A stretch of DNA of 64,000 nt from Actinomycetes bacterium (GTDB taxonomy: Bacteria; Actinomycetota; Thermoleophilia; BMS3ABIN01): positions 80,245 through 144,244 of the forward strand of contig JAJYXB010000022.1 of NCBI GenBank assembly GCA_021791195.1, written 5' to 3'. Positions 36,980-48,153 of this stretch are shown here, piece by piece. The notes beneath the pieces were generated by a model that was not told the origin of the DNA, did no database searches, and saw only the letters and a list, made by a program, of their open reading frames with translations. Position 1 is the first letter of the stretch, and each line of letters begins with the position of its first letter. A program made the position numbers and the translations under genes.

Positions 36980-38350
36980 GTGCACTGGCTCAAATCGCTG
37001 GCGCCGGTCAAGCTTGCGGCGCTGATCGGAGCCGCGGTGATGGCGCTGCTTATCATTGCCGCCGTCATGGCGGTCGTCGTGTTTCCTCCAGGGATATCGA
37101 TCAACCCGGGCGACAAGGCCACCGAGATCAAGCCTGCCGACCAGGGCCTGGATATCGGCACCAGCAGCTGGGGTGCTTCGATTGCCTCGGTCACCGTTAC
37201 GCAGCAGGACGTCGCTCCGGACGGCACGCTGGGCGCCAGCCGCCTCGTCAATGGCCAGCTCAAGGATGGCCATTTCGTCACCAGTGACGGCGCCAATCCG
37301 CTCAAGCCGGACGAACAGTACACCGTCACGGTCGACGGCACCGTCAAGAAGCTTGGCATCACTGGCATCAGCTCCCGGCAGGTCGAGCAGACCTCTACTT
37401 TCAGAACCGTGACGACGCCGATGCCGGTAATCCCCCAGGGCGGCCTCGTGGTCAAGTTCGGCGAGGATCTGAAGCTGCAGTGGAACGTCCCCGTCAGCAG
37501 TTTCAAATATCAGCTGGACGGCATCCAGAGCACATCGACCCTGTCTGGCGACGGGAAGACGGCGACCATCAAGCTGGCGAGCTTCGAGCAGGGCAAGAAG
37601 TACCAGCTCACGGTCACCTCCGCGACCTCGAAAAACGGCGTGGACATGAACCAGCCGATCGCCACGACCGTCAGCACGCCCGCCGGCCTCAGCGTGGCTT
37701 TCGATCCGGCTGACAACTCCAGCCGCGCCAGCACCGATGTCTATCCCACGGTGAACTTCTCCGAAGCGGTTGCGAATCCGGATGCGGCCCAGCAGTTGGT
37801 GAGCGTCGATCCCAAGGTCGGCGGCAGTTTCCACTGGGCGTCGCCGAACAAGCTGCAGTTCGTGCCGGCGAAGGAATGGGACCACCTGCAGGATGTGACC
37901 ATCCGCGTCAGGGGCGGCGTGCAGGGATTCCGGGGCGTCAGCGGCGGATATATCGACAGTGACCAGCAGGCGACTTTCACGACCGCCCCGGCCAAGTCAA
38001 TCGACGTCAACGTCACGACTGAGAGAGTGACGCTGCTGGAAAACGGAAATCCCATTGACTCATTCTTGTGCGCCAGCGGCGCCAACAACACCCCGACCCC
38101 GCTGGGTGACTTCACTATCTATGCCAAGCTGCCCGCCGTCGATATGCGAGGCCCTGGCTATTTTGCCCCGCACGTGCCCTGGGTGATGGTGTTCGACGGC
38201 GACTACACGCTGCACGGCAACTACTGGAACACGACCTTTGGTGTCAGGGGGTCAGGGGGCAGCCATGGCTGCGTGGGAATGCCTCCCGCCACCGCCAAGC
38301 GCGTTTATGACTGGGCGCCGCTCGGCACGCCGGTTCACATTCACGAATAG
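36980..38350 (+). CDS. L,D-transpeptidase with N-terminal TM anchor and Ig-like (Big) domains
   Basis: C-terminal YkuD catalytic domain with HGCVGM active-site Cys; N-terminal signal/TM. Confidence 0.8.
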   Translation: MHWLKSLAPVKLAALIGAAVMALLIIAAVMAVVVFPPGISINPGDKATEIKPADQGLDIGTSSWGASIASVTVTQQDVAPDGTLGASRLVNGQLKDGHFVTSDGANPLKPDEQYTVTVDGTVKKLGITGISSRQVEQTSTFRTVTTPMPVIPQGGLVVKFGEDLKLQWNVPVSSFKYQLDGIQSTSTLSGDGKTATIKLASFEQGKKYQLTVTSATSKNGVDMNQPIATTVSTPAGLSVAFDPADNSSRASTDVYPTVNFSEAVANPDAAQQLVSVDPKVGGSFHWASPNKLQFVPAKEWDHLQDVTIRVRGGVQGFRGVSGGYIDSDQQATFTTAPAKSIDVNVTTERVTLLENGNPIDSFLCASGANNTPTPLGDFTIYAKLPAVDMRGPGYFAPHVPWVMVFDGDYTLHGNYWNTTFGVRGSGGSHGCVGMPPATAKRVYDWAPLGTPVHIHE

Positions 38351-38425
38351 AACCCTCGCGGCCGGCGTGCGGGAGGCTCTCCCATCCGCGGGCGCGAACG
38401 CGTCACACCTTCATTCAATATCATG

Positions 38426-38456
38426 GCCCGGCGCCGGCCGGGCTGATATATTTATG
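38426..38456 (+). terminator. possible terminator after the L,D-transpeptidase gene
   Basis: GCCCGGC-GCCG-GCCGGGC hairpin followed by TGATATATTTAT. Confidence 0.4.
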
Positions 38457-38526
38457 GATACGACATTCTTTTCAGCCGATCCTGAGGCCGGCGTTACGCA
38501 GGATGACGATCTGCTGCGGATCGTTT

Positions 38527-38548
38527 GGAAAGGAACGTCCCCTGGTTT
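38527..38548 (+). repeat. single copy of the GGAAAGGAACGTCCCCTGGTTT motif in the corA 5' leader
   Basis: Identical 12-mer core AGGAACGTCCCC to 26635..26646; lies 19 nt upstream of the corA ATG. Confidence 0.6.
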
Positions 38549-38566
38549 CCCGATCCAAGGAACAGC

Positions 38567-39574
38567 ATGCCTCTGAAGACCCTGGTCTGCTCCTCCGGTG
38601 AGGTCACCGCGGTGGCCCCGGCGGAGGAAGCGCGAAAATATCTCCAAATGTCCGGGACGCTTGTCTGGATGGACTTTGAGGGCGTCCTCAGCGGCACGGA
38701 CAAAGAACTGCTCCAGTCGTCCTTTGGCTTCCATGACCTGTCGCTGGAGGATGCCGCCAGACCCGCCGACGGCGCCGTCCGCCGCCAGCGCCCGAAGGTC
38801 GAGGAGTATGACGATTATTTCTTCCTGGTGATGCAGGCGCTAAGTGCGGAGCGGGCAGGGAGCACGCTCGTGCTGGAGCCGGAGGAGCTGGACGTGTTCG
38901 TCGGTGGCAACTATGTTGTCTCGGTGCACCGGCGGCCGGTCCCCGAACTCAGTCTGGTCTGGGAGGAAGCGGTCAAGCGGCCGCGGCTGATGGCCTGCGG
39001 CTCCGACCGGCTGGCTTATCACATCCTCGACGCGGTCGTCGATCACTACATCGACATCGTCGATGACATCGAGGAACTGCTGGACGATCTGGAGGACGCC
39101 GTCATCGACCCCAGGGCGGGGAACCAGGCGGTGCGTGACATCTTTGCCTTCAAGCGGCAGCTGATCGGCTTCCGCAAGGCGGCCAGTCCGCTGCGCGAAG
39201 CGGTGACGGAGATGACCTCACGCGAGTATCCGCATGTCAGCGAAGCCACGCAGCCGTATCTGCGCGACGTCTATGACCATCTGGTGCGGCTGTCGGACAT
39301 GCTGGACACTTACCGCGACATCCTCGCCGGCGCCCTGGACGTGCATCTCTCGGCGGTCTCCAACAATATGAACATGGTGATGAAACGCCTGACCGTGGTG
39401 GCGACCATCTTCCTGCCGCTGGGCTTCATCACCGGTTTCTGGGGGATGAATTTCACCGACTTCATGCCGCTCGAGAGCGCATTCTGGTGGTGGGGCAGCC
39501 TGGCGGTGATGTTCTTCCTCACCGCCGGCATGATGCTGTATCTTTCCCTGTCAGTGGTGCGCAGGGGACGGTAG
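38567..39574 (+). CDS. corA: CorA-family Mg2+/Co2+ transporter
   Basis: GFWGMNF motif (GMN) before two C-terminal TM helices; start ATG at 38567 with AAGGAA SD. Confidence 0.85.
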   Translation: MPLKTLVCSSGEVTAVAPAEEARKYLQMSGTLVWMDFEGVLSGTDKELLQSSFGFHDLSLEDAARPADGAVRRQRPKVEEYDDYFFLVMQALSAERAGSTLVLEPEELDVFVGGNYVVSVHRRPVPELSLVWEEAVKRPRLMACGSDRLAYHILDAVVDHYIDIVDDIEELLDDLEDAVIDPRAGNQAVRDIFAFKRQLIGFRKAASPLREAVTEMTSREYPHVSEATQPYLRDVYDHLVRLSDMLDTYRDILAGALDVHLSAVSNNMNMVMKRLTVVATIFLPLGFITGFWGMNFTDFMPLESAFWWWGSLAVMFFLTAGMMLYLSLSVVRRGR

Positions 39575-39580
39575 GATCTG

Positions 39581-40215
39581 ATGGCCAGAGTCAAGATATG
39601 CGGTCTTACCAGCCCTGGGGACGCCATGCGCGCGGTCGCGGCCGGCGCCTGGGCGGTCGGTGTCATCTTCGCCCCGGAGAGCCCCCGGCGGGTGACCCGG
39701 CAGCAGGCAGCCGCCATCATGGCCGCGGTGCCGCCGGGGATACTTAAAGTAGGTGTGTTTGTCAACGCGGGCGAGGAGGAGATCACAGCCGCGGTCAGGG
39801 AGTGCGGCCTGGGCGCCGTGCAGCTGCACGGCGAGGAGTCGCCGGCGTTCTGCCGCCGCATCGGCGAGATCACCGGCGCCGCCGTTATCAAGGCCGTGCG
39901 CGTTGCCGGGCGGGAAACGCTAGGCAGCGTTGCCTCATTTGACACCGACTTCATTCTGCTGGATACTTATCAGCCGGGAAGGCGTGGCGGCACCGGCGAG
40001 TCCTTCGACTGGGACATCGCCCGCGAGCTGTCCGAAAACCTGCGCAGCGGCAGGGTGATCCTGTCCGGCGGTCTTGACGCTGAGAACGTGCTCGAGGCGC
40101 TGGACGCGGTCGGCCCCTACGCTGTCGATGTTTCCAGCGGCATTGAAACCGCCCCCGGGGTCAAGGACCCCGGTGAGATGGAAAGGCTGTTTGACATTCT
40201 TGGGCAGATGAAACC

Positions 40216-40219
<4 letters not shown>
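39581..40219 (+). CDS. trpF: phosphoribosylanthranilate isomerase
   Basis: [16 protein letters not shown]-terminus; TIM-barrel PRAI. Confidence 0.9.
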
Positions 40220-41390
<1,171 letters not shown>

Positions 41391-41394
<4 letters not shown>

Positions 41395-42176
41395 GCCGGC
41401 TGGAAGAACTTTTCAGGAGCAGGAAGAAGAAAGCGCTGCTGATGCCGTACATCACCGGCGGCTATCCCACCATCCATGAGTGCCGCCACGTGCTGGACGC
41501 TTTCGTCGCCGGCGGCGCCGACATGATCGAGCTGGGCGTGCCGTTCTCCGACCCCCTTGCGGACGGTCCGGTGGTGCAGGCCTCGGCGCAGCGGGCGCTG
41601 GACGAGGGTGTGACGCCTGACGACGTTCTGGCGCTGGCGGGCGAGTTCAGCGGCCGCCTGCCGGTGGTGCTGCTCGTATATTTCAACTGCGTCTATGCCT
41701 ACGGGCAGGAGCGCTTCGTCGATGCCGCCGCTCAGGCGGGTGTCTCGGGACTGATCGTGCCCGACCTGCCTGTTGACGAGGCGGGAGAGTTTGCCGGCAT
41801 CTGCCGCGCCCGGGGTGTGGACCCGATCCTGCTGGTGGCGCCCACCAGCACCGACGAGCGGATCAGCATGATCGCCGCCCAGGCATCCGGGTTCATCTAC
41901 TGCGTCTCGGTCGCCGGCGTCACCGGCGCCCGGACCTCGCTCAGCGAGCAGCTGCCGGACTTCCTGGCGCGGGTCAGGGCAAAGACCGATGTGCCCCTGG
42001 CGGTCGGTTTCGGCGTCTCCACCCCCGATCATGCCGCCGCAGTGGCGGAGTATGCCGACGGCGTCATCATCGGCAGCAGGCTCATCAGCATGGTGGCCGA
42101 AGCCGGCGACATAGACATCGCCGTACGGGCGGTCACGAGTTTCCTGTCACTGATCAATGAGGTGTTAGAACCATGA
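41391..42176 (+). CDS. trpA: tryptophan synthase alpha chain
   Basis: [10 protein letters not shown]...[14 protein letters not shown] motifs. Confidence 0.9.
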
Positions 42177-42538
42177 AACCTGTTGCCCCCAAAGAGGTCC
42201 CCAACTCGACGCTTCCTTTCCCTGACGCGCTGCGTGAACTGCTCGCACTGCGAAATGTCAGCTACCGCCGTCTGGCTACGCGAACCAGGCTTTCCGCCGG
42301 CTATCTCAACCATCTCGCCTGCGGTTCGCGGCCGGTGCCGGCAGATCCGGTGATCAAGACGATCGCCCGGGCGCTCAAGGTGAAGCCAGAATTTTTTTTC
42401 GAGTACCGTCAGCGCGGCCTGCAGCGGGAGCTGGCGGGCTCACCGCAACTGGCTGACAGGCTGTACGATTTTATCGTCGCTGACAAGCCGTTGCCGCGGG
42501 ATTTCAAGTCATTGCTGGAGACGGCTCGCCGCAAGTGA
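42173..42538 (+). CDS. XRE-family helix-turn-helix transcriptional regulator
   Basis: LRNVSYRRLATRTRLSAGYLNHLACGSRP HTH; 4-nt overlap with trpA. Confidence 0.6.
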   Translation: MKPVAPKEVPNSTLPFPDALRELLALRNVSYRRLATRTRLSAGYLNHLACGSRPVPADPVIKTIARALKVKPEFFFEYRQRGLQRELAGSPQLADRLYDFIVADKPLPRDFKSLLETARRK

Positions 42539-42662
42539 AGCGCCGCCTGCGTCTGCTCCGGGACCGCCGGCGCCGAACCGCTAATAATCAGCTCAGCCTT
42601 GAGTGCAGCTGCCGCGAGGCGCTAAAGATCGGGGCGATGTTTTCCCCGGGAGGTTCAGACTG

Positions 42663-43088
42663 ATGAAATCATATCGCAAGGAATTATGGTTTGAGGTGCC
42701 CACACGCCGCGCATTTATCAACATCACCAGCGACGTCGAGCGCGCTCTGGCGGAGAGTGGCATCAGCGAAGGACTGGCGCTGGTGAACGCGATGCACATC
42801 ACGGCATCGGTGTTCATCAATGATGACGAGCCCGGTCTGCACGAGGACTACGAGCGCTGGCTGGAGTGGCTGGCGCCTCATGAGCCGGTGAGCCGGTACC
42901 GTCACAATGCCAATGCCGCCCGTGAGGACAACGGCGACGCGCACCTCAAACGGCAGGTAATGGGCCGGGAGGTCGTGGTGGCCATCACCGCCGGCCTGCT
43001 GGATCTCGGCACCTGGGAACGCATCTTCTACGGCGAATTCGACGGCCACCGCCGCAAGCGGGTGCTGGTGAAGATGATCGGGGAGTAG
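42663..43088 (+). CDS. YjbQ/UPF0047 family protein (secondary thiamine-phosphate synthase-like)
   Basis: [25 protein letters not shown]...[18 protein letters not shown] matches the YjbQ fold family. Confidence 0.75.
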   Translation: MKSYRKELWFEVPTRRAFINITSDVERALAESGISEGLALVNAMHITASVFINDDEPGLHEDYERWLEWLAPHEPVSRYRHNANAAREDNGDAHLKRQVMGREVVVAITAGLLDLGTWERIFYGEFDGHRRKRVLVKMIGE

Positions 43089-43100
43089 ATCCGGGCTAAA

Positions 43101-43706
43101 ATGGGAGAGAAGCAGGCTTCAAAGGCAGGATCGGCAGCGGATATACAGGAAACCGAAAACAGGATCATGAAATGGCTGGCCGTCAAGGTCGACCGGGGGC
43201 GCTATGCGCACAGTCTGCGCGTAATGAAACTGATACCCCGGCTGGCGGAAGCACACGGCGTCGCTCCCATGCCGCTGAGGCTGGCGGCGCTGCTGCATGA
43301 CAGCGCCCGCGGCATGAGTGACGAGGAGATGCTGGCGGCCGCGGAGCGCTGGAAAGTGGCGGTGCGGCCGCTGGACCGCGACTGCCCGGTGCTGCTTCAC
43401 GGCAGGCTGGCGGTGGAGCTGGCCCGGCGCGAGCTGGGCGTCAACGAGCCGGCGGTGGTCACGGCCGTGCTTTACCATACCGCCGGCCATCCCCGGATGA
43501 GCTTATCCGACAAGCTGCTGTTTCTCGCCGACATGATCGAGCCGGCCCGCCGTATCGAGCGGGTGGACGAGCTCAGATCGGTTTCCTTCCGGGATGTCGA
43601 CCGCGCCATGCTGCTGGCGATCGCAATCAACCGGCGCCACCTGGCGGCAAGAGGCCGGCCGATGGATCCCGTGACGCTGGAGCTCGAGCAGGCACTGACG
43701 TCTTAA
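43101..43706 (+). CDS. HD-domain phosphohydrolase (YqeK-like)
   Basis: H...HD (LLHDSAR) and later HTAGHP metal ligands; start may be the ATG at 43164. Confidence 0.6.
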   Translation: MGEKQASKAGSAADIQETENRIMKWLAVKVDRGRYAHSLRVMKLIPRLAEAHGVAPMPLRLAALLHDSARGMSDEEMLAAAERWKVAVRPLDRDCPVLLHGRLAVELARRELGVNEPAVVTAVLYHTAGHPRMSLSDKLLFLADMIEPARRIERVDELRSVSFRDVDRAMLLAIAINRRHLAARGRPMDPVTLELEQALTS

Positions 43707-43767
43707 GCGGGCGTTATCAGCAGGCGGACGGGCAAGGATCCGGACCAGAAAGGTGTGATAGCTGGCC

Positions 43768-45048
43768 ATGGACACGAACAAACCCCGGTTTGTATCCCGT
43801 CATCGTTTCTGGCTGGTGGTGGCGGCCTTCCTGCTGGCGCAGCTGCTGCTCTGGTTCGTCCTTTTCCAGCGGTTCTGGTTTGCGGAGAAGGCCAGCAGCA
43901 GCGTCTACCTCTATTTCATCTACGGCCAGCGGATCGCCAGCGGTCTGGTCCCTTACCGCGATTTCTACCTCGAATACCCGCCGGTGGTCGCGCCGGTATT
44001 CTGCCTGCCATATCTGCTCTCCGGCCCCGATTACGGCAGGTACTTCTACTGGTACGAGATCGAGACCCTGGTCTTTTCCGCGGGCATCACCATCATGCTT
44101 TCCCTGGCGGTCAGGCAATACAGCCGGAGTCTGAAAACGCTGGCGGCCGTCCTTTTGACTTACGTCCTGTGCGTGGCCGCAACCGGCAGTCTCGTGCAGG
44201 TGCGTTTCGACCTCATGATCGGCTTCATGGTCGTGGCCAGCCTGGTGCTCTATCTGCACGGCAGGCCATTGGTCGCCTGGTCATTTCTGGGGATCGGCGC
44301 CATGCTGAAGCTGGTGCCACTGCTGCTGGCGCCGCTGTATCTGATCAGCGATCATCGCCGGGGGCGGCGAGGATGGGTTGGTCCGGCGGTGATGGGGGCG
44401 ACTTCACTGCTGATCGCGCTGCCGTTCCTGTTGACGGCTCCGGCCGGTCTGGCGCGTTCTTTCCTTGACCAGTCGTCGCGGCCGGTGCAGCTGGAAAGCA
44501 CCTGGGCGCTGCCATTTCTGTGGGCGAGGCAGCTTCTGGCCGTGCCGGTACGGACCGAGTTCACTCACGGTTCCGACAACATCATTTCCTCGCACACCGG
44601 TGTCATCTCCCTGCTTTCGGCTGTCCTGTTGCTGGCGGCGCTGGCCTGGGGATATTATGAGTTCTATCTCGTCAGCCGGGACGCGGGCGGCGGGCCGGCT
44701 GCGGCCGGGGGGCGCATGGAGCTGGTGCGGTTCGCTGCGGTTGCGCTGCTGACCTTCATCCTGCTGGGCAAGGTCTTCTCGCCGCAATACGTCATCTGGC
44801 TGTTGCCGCTGATCCCGCTCGTGACGGGCGCGGGCAGGAGATGGGTCGCGGGCCTGTTCGCCGGGGCCCTGCTTTTGACCCAGTACGAATTCCCGTATCG
44901 ATATCCGAAGCTTGTACAGATGCAGGGCTTCATGGTCGGCACCGTCACGCTGAGGGATCTGCTGCTGGCGGCGATGCTGGTCGTTCTGCTGGCGCCCTGG
45001 AAGCTCAAGAGAAAGCCTATTGAAAGGAAGCCGGATGCCTACTTTTGA
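43768..45048 (+). CDS. polytopic membrane protein, glycosyltransferase-like (DUF2029 / GT87-like)
   Basis: About 10 predicted TM helices, PYRDFYLEYPP motif typical of DUF2029-type mannosyltransferases. Confidence 0.5.
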   Translation: MDTNKPRFVSRHRFWLVVAAFLLAQLLLWFVLFQRFWFAEKASSSVYLYFIYGQRIASGLVPYRDFYLEYPPVVAPVFCLPYLLSGPDYGRYFYWYEIETLVFSAGITIMLSLAVRQYSRSLKTLAAVLLTYVLCVAATGSLVQVRFDLMIGFMVVASLVLYLHGRPLVAWSFLGIGAMLKLVPLLLAPLYLISDHRRGRRGWVGPAVMGATSLLIALPFLLTAPAGLARSFLDQSSRPVQLESTWALPFLWARQLLAVPVRTEFTHGSDNIISSHTGVISLLSAVLLLAALAWGYYEFYLVSRDAGGGPAAAGGRMELVRFAAVALLTFILLGKVFSPQYVIWLLPLIPLVTGAGRRWVAGLFAGALLLTQYEFPYRYPKLVQMQGFMVGTVTLRDLLLAAMLVVLLAPWKLKRKPIERKPDAYF

Positions 45049-45526
45049 CATCGTCAATAAAGTCGACATGCAGGAAGTCGACAATGCCGTCAACATGACC
45101 CGGAAGATGATCTCGACCCGCTATGATTTTCGCAAGTCGCAGACGGAACTGACCCTGAACAAGAAGGACAAGAGCATCCACGTCCTCACTGAGGACAGCA
45201 TGAAGATGAAGGCGGTGGAGGGCGAGCTCTCCACCAATTTCTCCAAGCGCGGCATCGATCCGAAAGCGATCGATGCGGGCGAGATCCAGTCTGCCGCCGG
45301 GGACATGATCAAACGCGACATCCGTATTATCGACGGCATCGAAACCGACACCGCCAAGCAGATCGTCAAGCTGATCAAGGAACAGAAGCTGAAGGTTCAG
45401 GCCAAGATCATGGATGACCAGGTGCGCGTCAGCGGCAAGAAGATCGACGATCTTCAGGCAGTGATCAGCATGCTCAAGGCAAAGGATCTTGATGTACCGC
45501 TTAAGTATGTCAATATGAAGAGCTAG
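45035..45526 (+). CDS. yajQ: YajQ family nucleotide (c-di-GMP)-binding protein
   Basis: MPTFDIVNKVDMQEVDNAVN UPF0234 N-terminus. Confidence 0.85.
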   Translation: MPTFDIVNKVDMQEVDNAVNMTRKMISTRYDFRKSQTELTLNKKDKSIHVLTEDSMKMKAVEGELSTNFSKRGIDPKAIDAGEIQSAAGDMIKRDIRIIDGIETDTAKQIVKLIKEQKLKVQAKIMDDQVRVSGKKIDDLQAVISMLKAKDLDVPLKYVNMKS

Positions 45527-45559
45527 GCTTCAGGCCCGCCGCCGCGGCGGCGGCGCGGC

Positions 45560-46000
45560 TCAACCGCTGTGGCTTAGCCTGAGCACATGTTCGGGCGCCG
45601 GCTTTACCCCCGGACGTTCGAACTTGAGCGAGGCTGAATTCAGGCAGTAACGCAGTCCGGTCGGCTCGGGACCGTCGGGAAATACATGGCCGAGGTGGGC
45701 GTCGCAGCGGGCGCACAATACCTCGGTGCGCGGCGATCCGAGGCTGGTGTCGATGCGGGTAACGACGTTCCGGGGATCGACCGGCGCCCAGAAACTGGGC
45801 CAGCCGGAGCCGGAATGGAACTTCGTTTCCGAGCTGAACAGCGGCAGCCCGCAGCAGACGCAGTGGTAGACTCCTTCTTCGTAGAAATCATCATACTGGC
45901 CCGCAAACGCCCGCTCGGTGCCGCCCTGACGTGCGATCCGGAACTGTTCGTGGGTGAGCAGATGACGCCATTCCTCGTCAGACTTGACAATCTTTTCCAT
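45560..46000 (-). CDS. msrB: peptide-methionine (R)-S-oxide reductase
   Basis: Two CxxC zinc motifs ([18 protein letters not shown]) and RYCLNS catalytic Cys. Confidence 0.9.
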   Translation of the reverse strand: MEKIVKSDEEWRHLLTHEQFRIARQGGTERAFAGQYDDFYEEGVYHCVCCGLPLFSSETKFHSGSGWPSFWAPVDPRNVVTRIDTSLGSPRTEVLCARCDAHLGHVFPDGPEPTGLRYCLNSASLKFERPGVKPAPEHVLRLSHSG

Positions 46001-46292
46001 GTGGGCTCCTTGGAGAAAGGGGTGTGCTGGACTTATTGCCATGCCGGCGCGATATCAAACCTCGTGCAGAGCCGGACGCGGCCAAAACCCGGCCGCTGCC
46101 GGCCTGAAACTGCCGGGGCACAGTGCCTGTCATGGCGCTGTTCGGCGTGATGAAGAAGCGGCGGCAGGTGGCTGACGGGAGGAGGGGTTTGAGCCGCCGC
46201 GATTCAGGTGAACATCAATCTTCCAGGTTTGAATCATCGGGGCTCAAGCCGCGTCTCAAGTGATAATTGACGGAACGACAGACAAAAGGAGA

Positions 46293-46715
46293 ATGATGAT
46301 GGCAGAGCTCAGTTTCAACGTGCACCTCGATCAGCCGTTCGACCAGGCGGTGGAAACGGTCACGGAAGCGCTCAAGGGCGAGGGCTTCGGCGTACTGACG
46401 CGTGTGGATGTGCACGCCGCTTTTAAGGAAAAGCTGGGGAAGGAATTTCGCGAGTACGCTATCCTCGGCGCCTGCAATCCGCCGCTGGCGCACAAGGCGC
46501 TCAACCACAGGGCGGAGGTGGGATTGATGCTGCCCTGCAACGTCACCGTCGAAGCCGAGCCCGCCGGCGGGTCCACGGTTCGCATCGGCGACCCCGAAGG
46601 TTTAATGGAAAACACCGGCTTCAGCCTGGATCCTGTCCTGCGCGAGGTCGGCGAAGAGGCCCGCCAGCGGCTTAAGCGCGTCGCGGAATCTCTGGGCGCG
46701 GCCGTAGCAGAATAA
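46293..46715 (+). CDS. DUF302 domain protein
   Basis: VETVTEALKGEGFGVLTRVDVHAAFKEKLG typical of DUF302. Confidence 0.75.
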   Translation: MMMAELSFNVHLDQPFDQAVETVTEALKGEGFGVLTRVDVHAAFKEKLGKEFREYAILGACNPPLAHKALNHRAEVGLMLPCNVTVEAEPAGGSTVRIGDPEGLMENTGFSLDPVLREVGEEARQRLKRVAESLGAAVAE

Positions 46716-47067
46716 TCCCCGGGGCGAGCTGCCGGTTGTGCCCTGGACATACCCGGGGCAGGCTGCCAGCCCGGGACAAGGCCTGCCGCGGCCGCGTGTC
46801 GCCACCACAGATAACGGCGCGCATCAACGTGGGGAAAGCCGCCGTGTTTTCATGGGGAAAGCCTCCCTGTTTTGGATCGGACCGCCATGCTGGTTTGACC
46901 GGCGCCGTGTTGGGTATGAAAAGTTCGGTGTGTCGGCGCCGGTCAGGGTGGTGCAGGATACTTTGGCTTTTCCGCGAATCACGTCGTTATCGCAGCTAAA
47001 GAACAGTTAAATCTGGCGCGCAGTGTTTGATGGTTCAATTCACAAGGAATGCAAGGAGTGGCTTACC

Positions 47068-48084
47068 ATGCAGCTGGGAATGATTGGCCTCGGACGGATG
47101 GGCGCAAACATGGCGCGCCGCCTGATGCGCGGCGGCCACGAGTGTGTCGTGTACGATAGCCGCGCCGAAGCGGTCGCGGAACTGGTGGGTGAAGGCGTGA
47201 CTGGCGCTAACGCGCTCGGTGATATTGTCGCGAAATTGAAACCGCCGCGCGTGATATGGCTGATGGTGCCCGCTGCCGTGGTCGATTCGTCGCTGAAGGA
47301 TCTGGTCGGGTTATTGCAGTCCGGCGACATCGTGATCGATGGCGGCAACTCGTACTACATCGATGACATTCGCCGGGCGAAGGAACTGGCGGGGAAGGGC
47401 CTCAGGTACATCGACGTGGGCACGAGTGGCGGGGTGTGGGGTCTGGAACGCGGCTATTGCATGATGATCGGTGGACCTGAAGATGCCGTGCAGTATGTCG
47501 ATCCGATTCTCAAAACGTTGGCGCCCGGACGCGGCGATGTCGATCGCACTCCGGGGCGCGAAAAATTGGGCGGCACCGCGGAAGAGGGCTATCTGCATTG
47601 CGGGCCAAACGGCGCGGGCCACTTCGTCAAGATGGTGCACAACGGCATCGAGTATGGCTTGATGGCCGCGTATGCGGAAGGACTGAATATTCTGAAATGC
47701 GCCAATGTCGGCAAGCAGGACCGCGAGATCAGCGCCGAAACGACGCCGCTGCGTAACCCGGAAGACTATCAATACGATCTGAATCTGGCCGATGTGGCCG
47801 AGGTCTGGCGGCGTGGCAGCGTGGTCGCTTCATGGCTCCTGGATTTAACCGCGATCGCCCTGCTGGATGATCCACAACTCGCGCAGTTCTCTGGCCGCGT
47901 TTCCGATTCGGGAGAGGGACGGTGGACAGTCCTCGCGTCCATCGAAGAGGGCGCGCCCGCACCAGTATTGAGTTCCGCGCTATATGAGCGCTTTTCGTCG
48001 CGCGGCGCAAACGATTATGCCGACAAACTGCTTTCCGCGATGCGCTTCCAGTTTGGCGGGCATCATGAATTGCCGGACAAGTGA
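47068..48084 (+). CDS. gnd: 6-phosphogluconate dehydrogenase, decarboxylating (short NAD-type, YqeC-like)
   Basis: [19 protein letters not shown] Rossmann motif, C-terminal 6PGD domain. Confidence 0.85.
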   Translation: MQLGMIGLGRMGANMARRLMRGGHECVVYDSRAEAVAELVGEGVTGANALGDIVAKLKPPRVIWLMVPAAVVDSSLKDLVGLLQSGDIVIDGGNSYYIDDIRRAKELAGKGLRYIDVGTSGGVWGLERGYCMMIGGPEDAVQYVDPILKTLAPGRGDVDRTPGREKLGGTAEEGYLHCGPNGAGHFVKMVHNGIEYGLMAAYAEGLNILKCANVGKQDREISAETTPLRNPEDYQYDLNLADVAEVWRRGSVVASWLLDLTAIALLDDPQLAQFSGRVSDSGEGRWTVLASIEEGAPAPVLSSALYERFSSRGANDYADKLLSAMRFQFGGHHELPDK

Positions 48085-48153
48085 TTTTATCGTTCGGCAG
48101 GGGTCCGGGCGCGGAATGCCTCACGCTTGATTTTGTTCGCGAAGGAGGTTCTC

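Noticed and set aside
36767-37885. 372-aa minus-strand ORF opposite the L,D-transpeptidase gene
   Set aside because: Antisense; the plus-strand protein has signal/TM, Ig-like repeats and a YkuD catalytic Cys.
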